Positions 51,203 through 62,622 of a DNA stretch of 64,000 nucleotides are shown in pieces. Below the pieces are notes generated by a model. The model saw only the letters and a list, made by a program, of their open reading frames with translations, had not been told where the DNA came from and made no database searches. The position numbers were made by a program, and so were the translations under genes. Source of the stretch: Nitrosopumilus sp. (GTDB lineage: Archaea; Thermoproteota; Nitrososphaeria; Nitrososphaerales; Nitrosopumilaceae); contig OZ244732.1 of NCBI GenBank assembly GCA_965219345.1, forward strand, positions 1,472,001 through 1,536,000, written 5' to 3'. Position 1 is the first letter of the stretch, and the number at the start of each line of letters is the position of its first letter.

Positions 51203-51775
51203 GTGTTAAATAATCTGCGTGAAACGCTTGCACCTACACTTGAAAAGATAGGAAAAGGATTTGCATCTACAGGACTATCTCCAAACTTTTGGACTTGTGT
51301 TGGTCTTGCGTTTGCACTGATATCTGCAGTAGTGTATGGTTTAGGAATTGAATTTGGATTAATAATTGGAGGAATTCTGTTACTTGTTTCAGGATTCTTT
51401 GATATGGTTGATGGGCAGGTGGCTAGAGTTACTGGCAAGACCTCGAAAAAAGGGTCTTACTTTGACTCTATGTTTGATAAAATTGCCGAAGTTGCAATAT
51501 TTTTAGGAATATTGGTTGGTGGATATGCTGAACCTTATCTAGTTTTGCTTGCAATAACCCTATCATTACTAGTTAGCTATGCAAGAGCAAAGTCTGATGC
51601 TCTTAACATAAAACTTCAGGGAGTAGGTATTGGTGAAAGAGCAGAAAGACTTTTGGTGATTGCAATAATTGGAATAATTGGTTACATGGAGATTGCAGTA
51701 ATGATTGTGATAGTAATTGCTGGAATTACTTTAATTCAAAGAATGGTTGTAACTGCAAAAAACATTAACGAATAA
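51203..51775 (+). CDS. CDP-alcohol phosphatidyltransferase (archaetidylinositol phosphate synthase-like)
   Basis: DMVDGQVAR...SKKGSYFDSMFD signature. Confidence 0.92.
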   Translation: MLNNLRETLAPTLEKIGKGFASTGLSPNFWTCVGLAFALISAVVYGLGIEFGLIIGGILLLVSGFFDMVDGQVARVTGKTSKKGSYFDSMFDKIAEVAIFLGILVGGYAEPYLVLLAITLSLLVSYARAKSDALNIKLQGVGIGERAERLLVIAIIGIIGYMEIAVMIVIVIAGITLIQRMVVTAKNINE

Positions 51776-51777
51776 TA

Positions 51778-52065
51778 CTATCGTAGTTTTCCGCGTTTTC
51801 TTCTATTATCTGCAGATCTGATTTTGAGAATCTTAAAGTGAATTGCACATGAAATACAATACCATTTCAAAACTGTTGGTGATGCAATGTATGCGCCTTG
51901 TGCACGTAGCTCTTTTGCTAATGTATGCTCCACTAGATTTAGTCTTGCTGTGACTTTTTTTGCCTTATCTTTTGGTACAGTTTGTCCACAGTTGGTACAT
52001 TGAACTGTTCCAGATGATCCTTTTCCTCCTTTTGTTCGTCCTCTACTTGCGCGCTTTAGTGGCAT
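51778..52065 (-). CDS. rps26e: Ribosomal protein eS26
   Basis: MPLKRASRGR...VQCTNCG..VPKDKA...YCISCAIH. Confidence 0.95.
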   Translation of the reverse strand: MPLKRASRGRTKGGKGSSGTVQCTNCGQTVPKDKAKKVTARLNLVEHTLAKELRAQGAYIASPTVLKWYCISCAIHFKILKIRSADNRRKRGKLR

Positions 52066-52185
52066 GAGCACAAATTAATTTGCCTACTTATATTCTTGCA
52101 GATAATTCAACAAAATTGATAAATTTACGCCTAAAACATGGATGAAAACTACTTTATGTTTTAATTCTAGATCGAATAATTTCTA

Positions 52186-52302
52186 ATGATTGTAATGCGT
52201 GGCCTCTGTCAAGTTTGCTTTACTTCAGGCGTTGAACTGGTAATACTAAAAGGAAAGATCCTCTGTCAGAACTGTTTTGATAAAATTAATGCAAAAAACT
52301 AA
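52186..52302 (+). CDS. 38 aa Zn-finger microprotein
   Basis: Hand translation: MIVMRGLCQVCFTSGVELVILKGKILCQNCFDKINAKN (two CxxC). Confidence 0.55.
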   Translation: MIVMRGLCQVCFTSGVELVILKGKILCQNCFDKINAKN

Positions 52303-52328
52303 ATCTGTTGTCATAGTAATGAATAGAA

Positions 52329-53198
52329 ATGAAGTTAGCTGTTTTTGCTCATTGTGCAATTGATACAATTACAATTAATAATCGTAATTATGAACAAATT
52401 GGCGGATCTGCTTGTTATTGTGGAATTACAGCAAGACAATTCAAATTTGATGTAGACTTGTTTACAAAATTTGGCCCTGATTTCCCAAAACAATATCTCA
52501 TTGAACAGAAAATAAATTTTATAAATTCTGAATCAGAAAAAAACACTACCAAATTTATTATTTCCATTAACGGTTCAGATAGAACTCTTAAACTTGAAAA
52601 TGAATGTGATTCGATAGATTATTCCAGTGTTAATGCTGATGGACATATTGTAAGTCCAGTATATCATGAAATTTCTGATGATACATTTAAAAAAATTAAG
52701 AATGACTCTAACTTTGTTTTCGTTGATCCTCAAGGTTTTTTGAGACAAAAAGATTCTCAAAATAATATTATTTTGACAAACAATAATCTTGACTTATCAA
52801 ATATCAATGCAATAAAGATTAATCCTGATGAAAGTCAACAAGTTGTTAATGGCTCTCATGATGAAATGATGTTGGCCCTACAGAAAAAAGGAATTGAATA
52901 TGTACTATTAACAAATAAAACGGATGTGTCTCTTTTGGTTAAAGGTAAAATTTATTCTATTACTCTTCCAAACAAGATAATTCATGACACCACTGGAATT
53001 GGTGATATTTTTTGTTCAACATTTTGTTGTACCATGCTCAAAGAAAAGGACTTTTTGTGGGCACTTTGCTTTGCAGGTGGTGCTGCTCAGGCCGCCCTTG
53101 ATTCAAAGAATGTTGGTTTACAAAAAATTCCTAAAAAGGGGACAATTCAGACAAATGCATCTTACTTTTACAATCTAGTAAAATTCAGAGACTTGTAG
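52329..53198 (+). CDS. PfkB-family carbohydrate kinase
   Basis: GGSACY, DPQGFLR, DTTGIGDIF. Confidence 0.88.
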   Translation: MKLAVFAHCAIDTITINNRNYEQIGGSACYCGITARQFKFDVDLFTKFGPDFPKQYLIEQKINFINSESEKNTTKFIISINGSDRTLKLENECDSIDYSSVNADGHIVSPVYHEISDDTFKKIKNDSNFVFVDPQGFLRQKDSQNNIILTNNNLDLSNINAIKINPDESQQVVNGSHDEMMLALQKKGIEYVLLTNKTDVSLLVKGKIYSITLPNKIIHDTTGIGDIFCSTFCCTMLKEKDFLWALCFAGGAAQAALDSKNVGLQKIPKKGTIQTNASYFYNLVKFRDL

Positions 53199-53253
53199 TC
53201 CATTTTGAACACAAATTCCTTTAACATCTCTTCTAATTTTAACAGATTACAAC

Positions 53254-53529
53254 ATGATTGGAATAGGATTAGCATTAACAATGTTAATTGTTGGTTCGAT
53301 TATTGATTTTCGAAAAAGAGAAATTCACGATTATTATTGGATAGGGTTTGGAAGTGTAGGATTCCTACTTTTGTTTATAGATCCTGATCTTGTTTCTAAT
53401 CTACTGACAATTGGATTTGCATTAATTATAGCACCATTTGTAATATTGATGTGGAGAATAGGCTTGGGTGGATTTATCATTCAATTATTCTATGGAGATA
53501 TAATTCTAGGCAGATTTTTAGGCGTGTAA
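53254..53529 (+). pseudogene. A24 prepilin peptidase with internal deletion
   Basis: SIIDFRKREI.D first Asp motif present; the GGAD motif is missing and WRIGL joins directly to a C-terminal GDII segment. Confidence 0.6.
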
Positions 53530-53599
53530 TTTTGAAGAATTAAGATTAGTCTTTTCCAAGACAATATTTTTTTATTATACTGAATAGTTTGTTTCTTCT

Positions 53600-54598
53600 G
53601 TGCAAATAGGCATTTACGGTTCTGGAACTACGGACACTGCAGCAAAGACAATTAAAAAAATTCTAAATGAATCTGGAATCACATCATTCACAATATCAAA
53701 ATCCAAGAATAAACAAGCTGATTGCATTATTGTTTTGGGTGGAGACAAAGGAGTTAGAAATTATTTTCATAGTACTTTTGATACTGTTACTCCTGTATTG
53801 GGAATTAGTGAAGGTGAAGCAAGTGGATTTCTAGCTCAAATAGATCTTAGAGAATTTTCCACTTATGTTAACGTCTTGAAAAAACAAAAATATACTATTG
53901 AAGAGGTTCCCAGACTTGGTGTAAAAATTGACGGCAAAAACGTCTATCCTGTACTTAATGACGTTGCAGTGTTTTCTTCAAAGAGTGCTATGTTGATGGA
54001 GCATACGTTGAGTGTTAATGGAGAAGAAGTTTGGCACGATAATAGTGATGGAATAATTGTATCTACACCCATTGGCTCATCTGCATATTCAATGTCAGCT
54101 GGCGGTCCTGTATTATTCCAAGATTCAGCTGTGTTTGAGATAATTTCTGTAAACTCTCTAGATGTAACTCGCAGACCAATTATTGTATCCAATGACAGTT
54201 CAATTGAGATTACTGATATCTATGCAAGACTGCATTGTGAAGTTGTTCTTGATGGTTCGGATAGATACAAGGTAAACAAAACTGTTGAATGTACCCAATT
54301 TTTTCCTCATGCAAAAATCATTCGACTCAAAAAAGACTCTACTGCAATTTCTGCTCTTGCAAAGAAAGTACATCTTGCTGAAGAGTTGCTTAGCATGCCT
54401 CCCAGCTCCAAATTACTTCTAAAGACATTAGAATATGAAGGAGCGTTGACACAAAAAGATCTGGCAAACAAAACATTACTCCCACCAAGAACTGTTAGGT
54501 TGGCCCTAAGTCATCTTTTGAAAAAGGGATATGTCAAAAAGAAAGTCTCAATCAGAGATGCCAGGCAGAAAATCTATGAAATATCAAAGATAAAATAA
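53600..54598 (+). CDS. NAD kinase-family protein with C-terminal MarR-like HTH
   Basis: VLGGD, LNDV, DGIIVSTPIGSSAYSMSAGGP; LTQKDLANKTLLPPRTVRLAL. Confidence 0.88.
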   Translation: MQIGIYGSGTTDTAAKTIKKILNESGITSFTISKSKNKQADCIIVLGGDKGVRNYFHSTFDTVTPVLGISEGEASGFLAQIDLREFSTYVNVLKKQKYTIEEVPRLGVKIDGKNVYPVLNDVAVFSSKSAMLMEHTLSVNGEEVWHDNSDGIIVSTPIGSSAYSMSAGGPVLFQDSAVFEIISVNSLDVTRRPIIVSNDSSIEITDIYARLHCEVVLDGSDRYKVNKTVECTQFFPHAKIIRLKKDSTAISALAKKVHLAEELLSMPPSSKLLLKTLEYEGALTQKDLANKTLLPPRTVRLALSHLLKKGYVKKKVSIRDARQKIYEISKIK

Positions 54599-56200
54599 TT
54601 ATTTTTCAGATGCTGCTTTGATAAATGCCGCAAAAGATTCTTCAGGAAATCCAGGCCTACTGTTAAATTCTGGATGAAATTGAACGCCTAGATAGAATTT
54701 ATGTGATGGAATTTCAAGCATTTCCATTCTTTTACCTCCATCACTTTCAGCTGAAAATACTAGTCCATTTTTTTCAAATTCAGGAATGTACTCTTTATTG
54801 ATTTCATACCTGTGTCTATGGCGTTTACTAATGGTCATTGTATTGTAGATTTTTTGTGCATTTGTGTTTTCTTTAATTGTTATCTCATTTGCACCTAATC
54901 TGAGAGAACCCCCCATATCTGAAACATTCTTTTGTTCAGGAAGTAAATCAACTACAGGATTTTTTGCATCAGCCTTAATTTCAGCCGAGTTTGCGTCTTC
55001 CAAATTCAAAACATTCCTTCCAAACGCAATTGCAGCTAACTGGAATCCGAAACATATTCCAAGATATGGTATATTTTTCTCACGTGCATAATTTGCAGTT
55101 TGAATAATTCCTTCAGAACCTCTAATACCAAATCCACCTGGAACTAAAATTCCATCAAAGTTTGATAGTATGTTATAGTCTGATATTGATTCGGAATCTA
55201 TCCAGTCAATATCTACTGATTTTCCTATTTGTGCTCCTGCATGCTTCAACGCATGATTTACACTCACATAGCTGTCTGCAAGTGTAACGTATTTTCCAAC
55301 CATAGCAATCTTTACTTTCTGGTCTTCGTGGTTGACCATGTTCTTTGCAATCTTGCTCCATTTGTCCCAATTAGCTGAAGCATTTACCATTCCAACCTTT
55401 CCAAACTTTGTAAACATTGAATCCATAATTCCTTGTTCATACAACATCTGTGGTACTTCGAAGATTGATTTTGTATCGTGACAAGATAAAACATCTTTTG
55501 TTGTTACATTTGTAAACATTCCAATCTTTTTCTTTGTTCTTTCTTCTAATGGTAGTGTGCATCTAACTGCCAAAAAGTCTGGTTGAATTCCTATCCTTCT
55601 TAATTCTTGGACGCTGTGTTGTGTTGGTTTTGTTTTCTGTTCACCTACTACATCCAGTGATGGAGCTAATGTCACATGAACAAAGATTACACCTTGTGGT
55701 CCCTCTTCTACTCTCATCTGTCTTAGTGCCTCTAAAAATGGTAATGATTCTATATCCCCTACTGTTCCGCCACACTCTACTATCAAAAAGTCTAGTTTTT
55801 CATCTTCTGAGATACTTCTAATTCTTTTTTTAATCTCATCTGTTACATGTGGAATTATCTGAACACACACTCCCAAATATTTTCCCTTTCTTTCTGCTTC
55901 AATTACTGAAGAATATACCTGAGCAGTTGTAATGTTGTGGCTTTTTGGAATATCTTGGTTTAGGAACCTTTCATAGTTTCCAATATCCATGTCGCATTCG
56001 CCTCCATCTTCTGTTACAAAGACTTCGCCATGTGCAACTGGATTCATTGTTCCTGCATCATAGTTTAGATAAGGATCTATCTTTACGCAAGAGACTTTTT
56101 GATCTGCTAATTGTAATAATTTTGCAATCGAGGAAGTTGTTACGCCTTTTCCAAGGCCAGACATCACACCACCTGTGACAAAAATATACTTCGTCTGCAC
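54599..56200 (-). CDS. pyrG: CTP synthase
   Basis: TGGVMSGLGKG, KIDPYLN, KTKPTQHSV, LGICFG, RHRHRYE, QFHPEF. Confidence 0.98.
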   Translation of the reverse strand: MQTKYIFVTGGVMSGLGKGVTTSSIAKLLQLADQKVSCVKIDPYLNYDAGTMNPVAHGEVFVTEDGGECDMDIGNYERFLNQDIPKSHNITTAQVYSSVIEAERKGKYLGVCVQIIPHVTDEIKKRIRSISEDEKLDFLIVECGGTVGDIESLPFLEALRQMRVEEGPQGVIFVHVTLAPSLDVVGEQKTKPTQHSVQELRRIGIQPDFLAVRCTLPLEERTKKKIGMFTNVTTKDVLSCHDTKSIFEVPQMLYEQGIMDSMFTKFGKVGMVNASANWDKWSKIAKNMVNHEDQKVKIAMVGKYVTLADSYVSVNHALKHAGAQIGKSVDIDWIDSESISDYNILSNFDGILVPGGFGIRGSEGIIQTANYAREKNIPYLGICFGFQLAAIAFGRNVLNLEDANSAEIKADAKNPVVDLLPEQKNVSDMGGSLRLGANEITIKENTNAQKIYNTMTISKRHRHRYEINKEYIPEFEKNGLVFSAESDGGKRMEMLEIPSHKFYLGVQFHPEFNSRPGFPEESFAAFIKAASEK

Positions 56201-56479
56201 ATTAATGAAACAAGTATCTGTCTTTTGTATGTTTTGACTAAAATAACACGCAGAAAGAGCAGTTTACAGGCTTGATTAGTTTATGTATTGATAATTGCGA
56301 TCTTTACAATTGTAAAAAAATTTCTTGTTTTTTTAACGAGTTTTAGATATTTTTGGGACTAGTTTTTTATTTTTGTTCATGTAGCATCTTTGAGAACTTC
56401 TAGACGGCGGCCATAAATAAAATAACACTTCCCTTCCAACACTACTGAGCAGATGGCCCCATCTCTGACGTTTTATTTG

Positions 56480-57280
56480 TTAGAGTATAGTTTGTTTTTT
56501 AAGACTTTTTGTAAAAAACGTAATCTTTGTCTCTAGTTTATTCTGTGGGGTTTTTTCAATTAATTTCAAATATGCACTTCCAACAATTACTGCATCTGCA
56601 CCTGCTTTGATGTATCTTTTCACATCTTTGGGAGTTGAGATTCCAAATCCTACACCGACAGGAGTTTTTCCTTTGGTTTGTCTTTTAACATCTTTGATTG
56701 CTTTTATTGTGTAATTTTTAATTCCCGTTTTGACTCCTGTTGTTCCATAAACTGCAACAAGATACAAAAATCCTGTTGATACTTTGGAAATCTTTTGTAT
56801 TCTTGTTTTTGAAGTGTTTGGAGATATTAGAAATATTGTGTCTGCATTCTTTTTTGCTGCTTTTAGATACTCTTTTGATTCCTCAATTGACATATCAGGA
56901 AGAATGAGTCCATCTATCCCTGCTTTTTTTGCTTCTGAGATGAATTTTGGGTATCCTTTGCGATATAGAATGTTAGTGTATGTCATTAGTACTAGTGGAA
57001 TGTCAGTTTCTTTTCTAATTTTTTTTACAATGTCAAAAAATTTGGAAATCTTGGTACCTTTTTTCAGTGATATGGTACTAGCATTCTGAATTACAGGTCC
57101 ATCAGCTATAGGATCTGAAAATGGAAAACCTAATTCTATAATGTCAACTCCTCCCTTTATCAGGCCTCTTACAGCCATGATTGTAGCTTTTTCATTTGGA
57201 AATCCTACCATAATATATGATATCAATGCCTTTTGATTTTTTGCCTTTAGTTCTTTAAATTTTTGTTTAATTTTTGACAT
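56480..57280 (-). CDS. trpA: Tryptophan synthase alpha chain
   Basis: [32 protein letters not shown]. Confidence 0.97.
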   Translation of the reverse strand: MSKIKQKFKELKAKNQKALISYIMVGFPNEKATIMAVRGLIKGGVDIIELGFPFSDPIADGPVIQNASTISLKKGTKISKFFDIVKKIRKETDIPLVLMTYTNILYRKGYPKFISEAKKAGIDGLILPDMSIEESKEYLKAAKKNADTIFLISPNTSKTRIQKISKVSTGFLYLVAVYGTTGVKTGIKNYTIKAIKDVKRQTKGKTPVGVGFGISTPKDVKRYIKAGADAVIVGSAYLKLIEKTPQNKLETKITFFTKSLKKQTIL

Positions 57281-58454
57281 TTTCCTTCAAATATTTTTGT
57301 ACTTCTTCAACGTCTTTGTCTCCTCTTCCAGAAAGTGTTACAACTATTGATTCTGATTTCTTTCCTTTTCGTGCTACTTTGATTGCCTCTGCTATTGCAT
57401 GAGCTGATTCAAGTGCTGGTATGATTCCTTCTGTTCTTGTTAGTAATAGAAATGCATCAATTACTTCTCTATCAGTAGCTGAATGATATTTTATTCGTTT
57501 GTTATCTTTATAGTAAGCATGTTCTGGACCAACACCTGGATAGTCCAATCCAGCTGAAATACTGTGTGTTTCTGTAATTTGTCCTTCCTTATCTTGAAGT
57601 AAATATGTCATCATGCCATGTAGAACTCCTTTAGTTCCAGCTGACAAAGTTGCTGAATGTAATTTTGATTTTAATCCTTGACCTGCAGCTTCTACTCCAA
57701 TCATCTCTGCATTAGAATCAACTAAGGGGAAGAATGTTCCAATTGCGTTTGATCCTCCACCAACACATGCTATCAAACTATCTGGTGTTCTGTTAATTTT
57801 CTTCATCTGTGATATGATTTCATTTCCAATTACACTTTGAAAATCTCTGACCATCACTGGATAAGGATGTGGACCTACAGCAGATCCTAGTAGATAGTAT
57901 GTTGATTCAACATTGGTAATCCAATCACGAATTGCTTCATTAATTGCATCTTTCAGTGTCTTAGAACCTGAATTAACGGGATACACTTTGCAACCAAGCA
58001 TGTCCATTCGAAAAACGTTGAGCTTTTGACGAATTGTATCCTTATACCCCATGTATACTTCGGCTTTCATACCTAAAGCAGCGCATGCCATTGCAGTGGC
58101 AACCCCATGTTGTCCTGCACCTGTTTCCGCAATGATTCTTTTTTTCTTCATCTTCTTTGCAAGAAGTGCTTGACCTAGTGTGTTGTTGATTTTGTGAGCT
58201 CCACCATGGAGTAAATCTTCTCGTTTGAGATAGATCTTAGCTCCGCCCAGTTTTTCTGACAAATTTTTTGCATAGTATAGAGGAGTTGGTCGTCCAGCAT
58301 ACACTTTGAGATAGTAATCTAGTTCTTTTTTGAAAGTTTTATCGTCTTTAAACTTTAGATAGTTCTCTTCTAACTCTTCAATTGCAGGAACTAGAGTTTC
58401 TGGAATGTATTTGCCACCAAATTCCCCAAATCTTCCATTCTTAGGATATTTCAA
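57267..58454 (-). CDS. trpB: Tryptophan synthase beta chain
   Basis: [37 protein letters not shown]. Confidence 0.98.
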   Translation of the reverse strand: MKYPKNGRFGEFGGKYIPETLVPAIEELEENYLKFKDDKTFKKELDYYLKVYAGRPTPLYYAKNLSEKLGGAKIYLKREDLLHGGAHKINNTLGQALLAKKMKKKRIIAETGAGQHGVATAMACAALGMKAEVYMGYKDTIRQKLNVFRMDMLGCKVYPVNSGSKTLKDAINEAIRDWITNVESTYYLLGSAVGPHPYPVMVRDFQSVIGNEIISQMKKINRTPDSLIACVGGGSNAIGTFFPLVDSNAEMIGVEAAGQGLKSKLHSATLSAGTKGVLHGMMTYLLQDKEGQITETHSISAGLDYPGVGPEHAYYKDNKRIKYHSATDREVIDAFLLLTRTEGIIPALESAHAIAEAIKVARKGKKSESIVVTLSGRGDKDVEEVQKYLKENVKN

Positions 58455-59230
58455 TATGCTTTCACCAATTTCCTCACTTGTTCTTCAATATTATCGCTTT
58501 TCATAATGCTTGAACCTACCAAGAAAGCATCTGCTCCAGACTTTTTTAGATATTGGATGTCTTCAATGGTCTCAATTCCACTTTCTGATAGAATAGGCCT
58601 TGATTTTTCATGTCCCTCTAGAACTAATTCAGTAGTTTTCAGATCAATTTCTAATGTATCCAAATTTCTATTGTTAACTCCGATAAGATCAGCTTTAGTC
58701 TGTAATGCATTTTCAAATTCTTGTTTTGTATGAACTTCAAGAAGAATTTTTAGCTCTTTTTTATAAGCATATTCTATAAACTCATCAATTTCCTTGAGAA
58801 ATCCTTGATCAAACAATGACTGTATCAATAATATGTAATCTGCACCAATCTTTTCTGCAGCATCTATCTGAATATTCTCTATCATGATATCTTTCATGAG
58901 TAATGGAACATCCACTGCTTCTCTGACCTTCATGAAATATTCTGGTGAGCCATGGAATAGATTTGGTTGTGTCAGTACTGAAAGAGCTTTTGAGCCTCCA
59001 TTTACCATCTGTTTTGCTATGCTTGCTGGGTTTGTGAGGGTTCTAATCTTTCCTAGGGAAGGAGATGCAAATTTTATCTCAGTAAGTAGTGTTGGGTGAG
59101 GATTATTCTTAATAATTTGAATTAGGTCTTTGTTTGATTTTTGTAGATTTGCATCTATGTCATATGTTCCATCATCAATTGCAGTTTGAGAATTAGTTAC
59201 CAATCTTTTTAGAATATTTTCTGCCATCAT
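58451..59230 (-). CDS. trpC: Indole-3-glycerol phosphate synthase
   Basis: [31 protein letters not shown]. Confidence 0.95.
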   Translation of the reverse strand: MMAENILKRLVTNSQTAIDDGTYDIDANLQKSNKDLIQIIKNNPHPTLLTEIKFASPSLGKIRTLTNPASIAKQMVNGGSKALSVLTQPNLFHGSPEYFMKVREAVDVPLLMKDIMIENIQIDAAEKIGADYILLIQSLFDQGFLKEIDEFIEYAYKKELKILLEVHTKQEFENALQTKADLIGVNNRNLDTLEIDLKTTELVLEGHEKSRPILSESGIETIEDIQYLKKSGADAFLVGSSIMKSDNIEEQVRKLVKAY

Positions 59231-60267
59231 ATCATCTCCTTTAGTTTTGAAATGTCTCCAGTGTCTGCAACAAAGTTTTCCAAAGTCTTGAATGCATTTC
59301 CGTCTTTAATTGTATTCATAGCTAGCTCTACTCCTTCCTCAAAGTTATTTGCAATGTTTGCAACAATTAATCCTCCTGCTGCATTTAGTGCAGTGGTCTC
59401 AATCATTGCTTGATTAGCTGTATTATTTAGAACACCAACAAATGATTTTATTGCATCTTCTTTTGTACTAATCTGAATGTCATTCAGTGATGATTTGTGC
59501 AATCCTGCCACTTCAGGATCAATTGCATTCATCAATACTTTGTCATCTCTCAAAATACATACACGATTAGTTGCACTAGTGGAGAATTCATCCATCCCAT
59601 CATCAGAACGTACTGTCATTATATTTTCTGCACCTTTTCTTTTTAGAATTGCAGGTAATCTATCAAGATATTCATTAGAAAATACACCAACTAGTTGATT
59701 TTTTACTCCAGCAGGATTTGATAGTGGTCCTAGAAGATTGAATGCTGTTCTTTTACCTAATTGTTTTCTAGCTGGACTGACATGTTTCATTGCTGGATGA
59801 AACTTTTGTGCAAACATGAAACAAATGTTATGTTTCTCTAGAGTTTGTACAATCTTTGATGGTTCTTGATTGAGATCATATCCAAAGTACTCAAAAATAT
59901 CCGCACTTCCAGAAACTCCTGATGTGGAACGATTCCCATGCTTCGCAACCACTCCTCCAGCAGCAGCTATGACAAAGGATGCGGTAGTGGATATGTTGAA
60001 GGTTTGAAGCTTATCCCATCCAGTCCCACACATATCAATGATGGTTCCAGCGTTTTTAGGCTCAATTTTTAGAGATAATTCCTGCATCTTATCTAGCATT
60101 CCAAGTAGTTCATCATCTGTCTCTCCCTTGTCTGCTAGATTGGATAGAAAGTCTGCGTTCTCTTGGAGATTTGTATTTCCTGAAAGAATGTCTATCATGA
60201 CATGATTCATCTCATCATAAGTAAGGTCTGTCTTCTCTTGTAATTTTTGAATTAAATTTGAGATCAT
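59227..60267 (-). CDS. trpD: Anthranilate phosphoribosyltransferase
   Basis: TFNIST, AKHGNRS.SG.SGSAD, FHPAMK, RTAFNLLGPL.NP; GTGGD motif reads GTGWD. Confidence 0.95.
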   Translation of the reverse strand: MISNLIQKLQEKTDLTYDEMNHVMIDILSGNTNLQENADFLSNLADKGETDDELLGMLDKMQELSLKIEPKNAGTIIDMCGTGWDKLQTFNISTTASFVIAAAGGVVAKHGNRSTSGVSGSADIFEYFGYDLNQEPSKIVQTLEKHNICFMFAQKFHPAMKHVSPARKQLGKRTAFNLLGPLSNPAGVKNQLVGVFSNEYLDRLPAILKRKGAENIMTVRSDDGMDEFSTSATNRVCILRDDKVLMNAIDPEVAGLHKSSLNDIQISTKEDAIKSFVGVLNNTANQAMIETTALNAAGGLIVANIANNFEEGVELAMNTIKDGNAFKTLENFVADTGDISKLKEMI

Positions 60268-60854
60268 TTTTCTTTCACCTGTTTTATGAAGTTCTCTAGA
60301 ATTTTCTTGCCTTGTTCTGTCATAATTGATTCTGGATGAAATTGTACTCCTTCAATCAGATATTCTTTGTGTCTTATTGCCATAACTTCTCCATCATCTG
60401 CAGCTGTAGCTATTACTTCTAGTATGTCTGGAATTATTGTCTTATCTCCAACCAAACTGTGATATCTAGTTGCTTTAAATGGATTATTCACTCCCTTGAA
60501 CAGTTCTGAATTAGTATGATTAACGGGACTAGTCTTTCCATGCCTTACACATCCTGCATTTGTAACCTTTCCACCAAATGCATGAATAATTCCTTGATGT
60601 CCAAGACAGACTCCCAGTATTGGAGTGGTTGGTCCCATGTTAGTAATCACATCGGAACATACTCCAAAGTACTTTTTCTCTTCTGGAGTTCCTGGACCCG
60701 GTGAAATTACTACTGCATCATAGTTATTCTGTTTAATCTCATCTAATGTTATTTTGTCATTTCTAATAACATCCGATTCAACTCCTAACTCTCCAAGGTA
60801 TTGAGCAATGTTATACACGAACGAATCATAGTTGTCGATGATTAGAAATTTCAT
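60264..60854 (-). CDS. trpG: Anthranilate synthase component II
   Basis: IDNYDSF, SPGPG, GVCLGHQ, RYHSL, QFHPES. Confidence 0.95.
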   Translation of the reverse strand: MKFLIIDNYDSFVYNIAQYLGELGVESDVIRNDKITLDEIKQNNYDAVVISPGPGTPEEKKYFGVCSDVITNMGPTTPILGVCLGHQGIIHAFGGKVTNAGCVRHGKTSPVNHTNSELFKGVNNPFKATRYHSLVGDKTIIPDILEVIATAADDGEVMAIRHKEYLIEGVQFHPESIMTEQGKKILENFIKQVKEK

Positions 60855-62200
60855 TTTGTTGCCTCCTTTAATGCTTGGAGCATTGCACCTGCCTTGAACT
60901 CTATCTCTTTGAATTCATGTTCTGGAATGGAATCCGCAACTATTCCAGCTCCTGATTGTATGAATCCCTTGTTCCCATCAATGAAGATACTTCGAATTGC
61001 TATGGCAAAATCACAGCATCCATTAAATGAGAAATATCCAACTGCTCCGGCATATGGTCCTCTTGCTCCAGTCTCCAATTCATCAATGATCTCCATGGCC
61101 CCAACTTTGGGGGCTCCTGAGACTGTCCCCGCTGGAAATACTGCTTTGAAAGCGTCAAACATGTCGTTATTAGGCGCTAATTCACCTACAACATGCGTAA
61201 CGATATGCTGAACATGAGAAAATCGCTTTATCTGCATTAGCGATTCTGGATGAACTGTTCCATACTTACATACCCGACCAATATCATTTCGTCCCAAATC
61301 AACTAGCATTGTATGTTCGGCTAGTTCTTTTTCGTCATGGAGTAATTCGTCAGCTAGCTGTTTGTTCTTTTCTTCATTGTCTGTGATTTTTCTGGTTCCA
61401 GCAATAGGAAAAGTCTCTACTTTATCATCAGTTATTCTCACTAACATTTCAGGAGATGCCCCAATGATTGTTTTGGAACCTTGTTTTAGATGATACATGT
61501 ATGGCGATGGATTTAGTTTTCGTAATGTTTTGTATAAAGTTAGATTATCTCCATTATTATCAAATTCAAACTTTCTAGATAGAACAACTTGGAATATATC
61601 TCCATCATGGATTAATTTTTTTGCCTTGTTTACAATGTCTGAGAATTTTTCCTTGTCTATGTTTGGTGTTACTTCAGAAGAATGGAAATCACCAAATGTG
61701 TTTCCACTCATCTTTAGTTTATCAAATCTATTTTCATCATGATAGAAATAGAATAGTTTTTTGTGTAGATTGTCATATAGAATACCATCATCGTAAATTC
61801 CAAACTCCATTAATGGTTGTGGTGAGTTGTGAGTATCAGGTATATCTTCAATTAGTCTAATTGCATCATAGTTTACAATCCCTACTGCTCCACCCAAATA
61901 TCGGTAACTTTGATCATCTGATCTTCCTAAGAGTTTCTTTAGTTGTTCAAATGGATCTGTAGTGGATATGGTTTCTGTTTTTCCATCTTGAATAATTTCT
62001 ACCTTATCTGAATAACCTTTGAGGATTATCTTTGGATTAAATCCCATTACTGATGTTTCAGCTAGTACTTCAGGACCTGTTAGTGATTCAAAGAGAAATG
62101 AATGAGAATAGTTTCTTGAAATTTTATTATAAATTTGAAATTGGTTTTCAGATAAATCTAGGGGTATTACTTTCGCTTGAGAGTTTCCAAATGTATCCAC
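60851..62200 (-). CDS. trpE: Anthranilate synthase component I
   Basis: GDIFQVVLS, NPSPYM, SPEML, PIAGT, EHTMLVDLGRND, PAGTVSGAPK. Confidence 0.95.
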   Translation of the reverse strand: MDTFGNSQAKVIPLDLSENQFQIYNKISRNYSHSFLFESLTGPEVLAETSVMGFNPKIILKGYSDKVEIIQDGKTETISTTDPFEQLKKLLGRSDDQSYRYLGGAVGIVNYDAIRLIEDIPDTHNSPQPLMEFGIYDDGILYDNLHKKLFYFYHDENRFDKLKMSGNTFGDFHSSEVTPNIDKEKFSDIVNKAKKLIHDGDIFQVVLSRKFEFDNNGDNLTLYKTLRKLNPSPYMYHLKQGSKTIIGASPEMLVRITDDKVETFPIAGTRKITDNEEKNKQLADELLHDEKELAEHTMLVDLGRNDIGRVCKYGTVHPESLMQIKRFSHVQHIVTHVVGELAPNNDMFDAFKAVFPAGTVSGAPKVGAMEIIDELETGARGPYAGAVGYFSFNGCCDFAIAIRSIFIDGNKGFIQSGAGIVADSIPEHEFKEIEFKAGAMLQALKEATK

Positions 62201-62351
62201 CCATAGACCAAATCCTAGAGGTTTATTATTTAAATTGAACAGATCGTTTTGATCGTTCGATCTTTGTCTAAAATGATTGGGCTTATAGGCATGAAACTAT
62301 TACGGTATAGTACGGTACCTTTATATCATATTTTGACGTAGTGGAATTACC

Positions 62352-62537
62352 ATGCAGGGAGAAAATCAAACAATCATGCAGGATATGCAGATTCTAAAGC
62401 ACAATGTCCTATCTTCAGTATCTAAAGTTGAATGCTATGTTTGTGGAAAGGGAGTAGAAGATGGTCATTCTATTACTGCAAAGACTTTACCTCATGGAAT
62501 AGTACTTTTTTGTGACGTTCATTATTCATTACAGTAA
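62352..62537 (+). CDS. Small Cys/His hypothetical protein
   Basis: CYVCG...FCDVH. Confidence 0.6.
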   Translation: MQGENQTIMQDMQILKHNVLSSVSKVECYVCGKGVEDGHSITAKTLPHGIVLFCDVHYSLQ

Positions 62538-62622
62538 ACTCCTAAATTAATCATGAAAAATAGATCTTAAACACATTAGAAAACAAAAAGAGTTTTGAAC
62601 CAATTTTTTCATACTGTATTGA

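Noticed and set aside
56404-56470. GGCGGCCATA resembling a 5S rRNA start
   Set aside because: Similarity does not extend and the following sequence is AT-rich; no tRNA or rRNA recognised in the window
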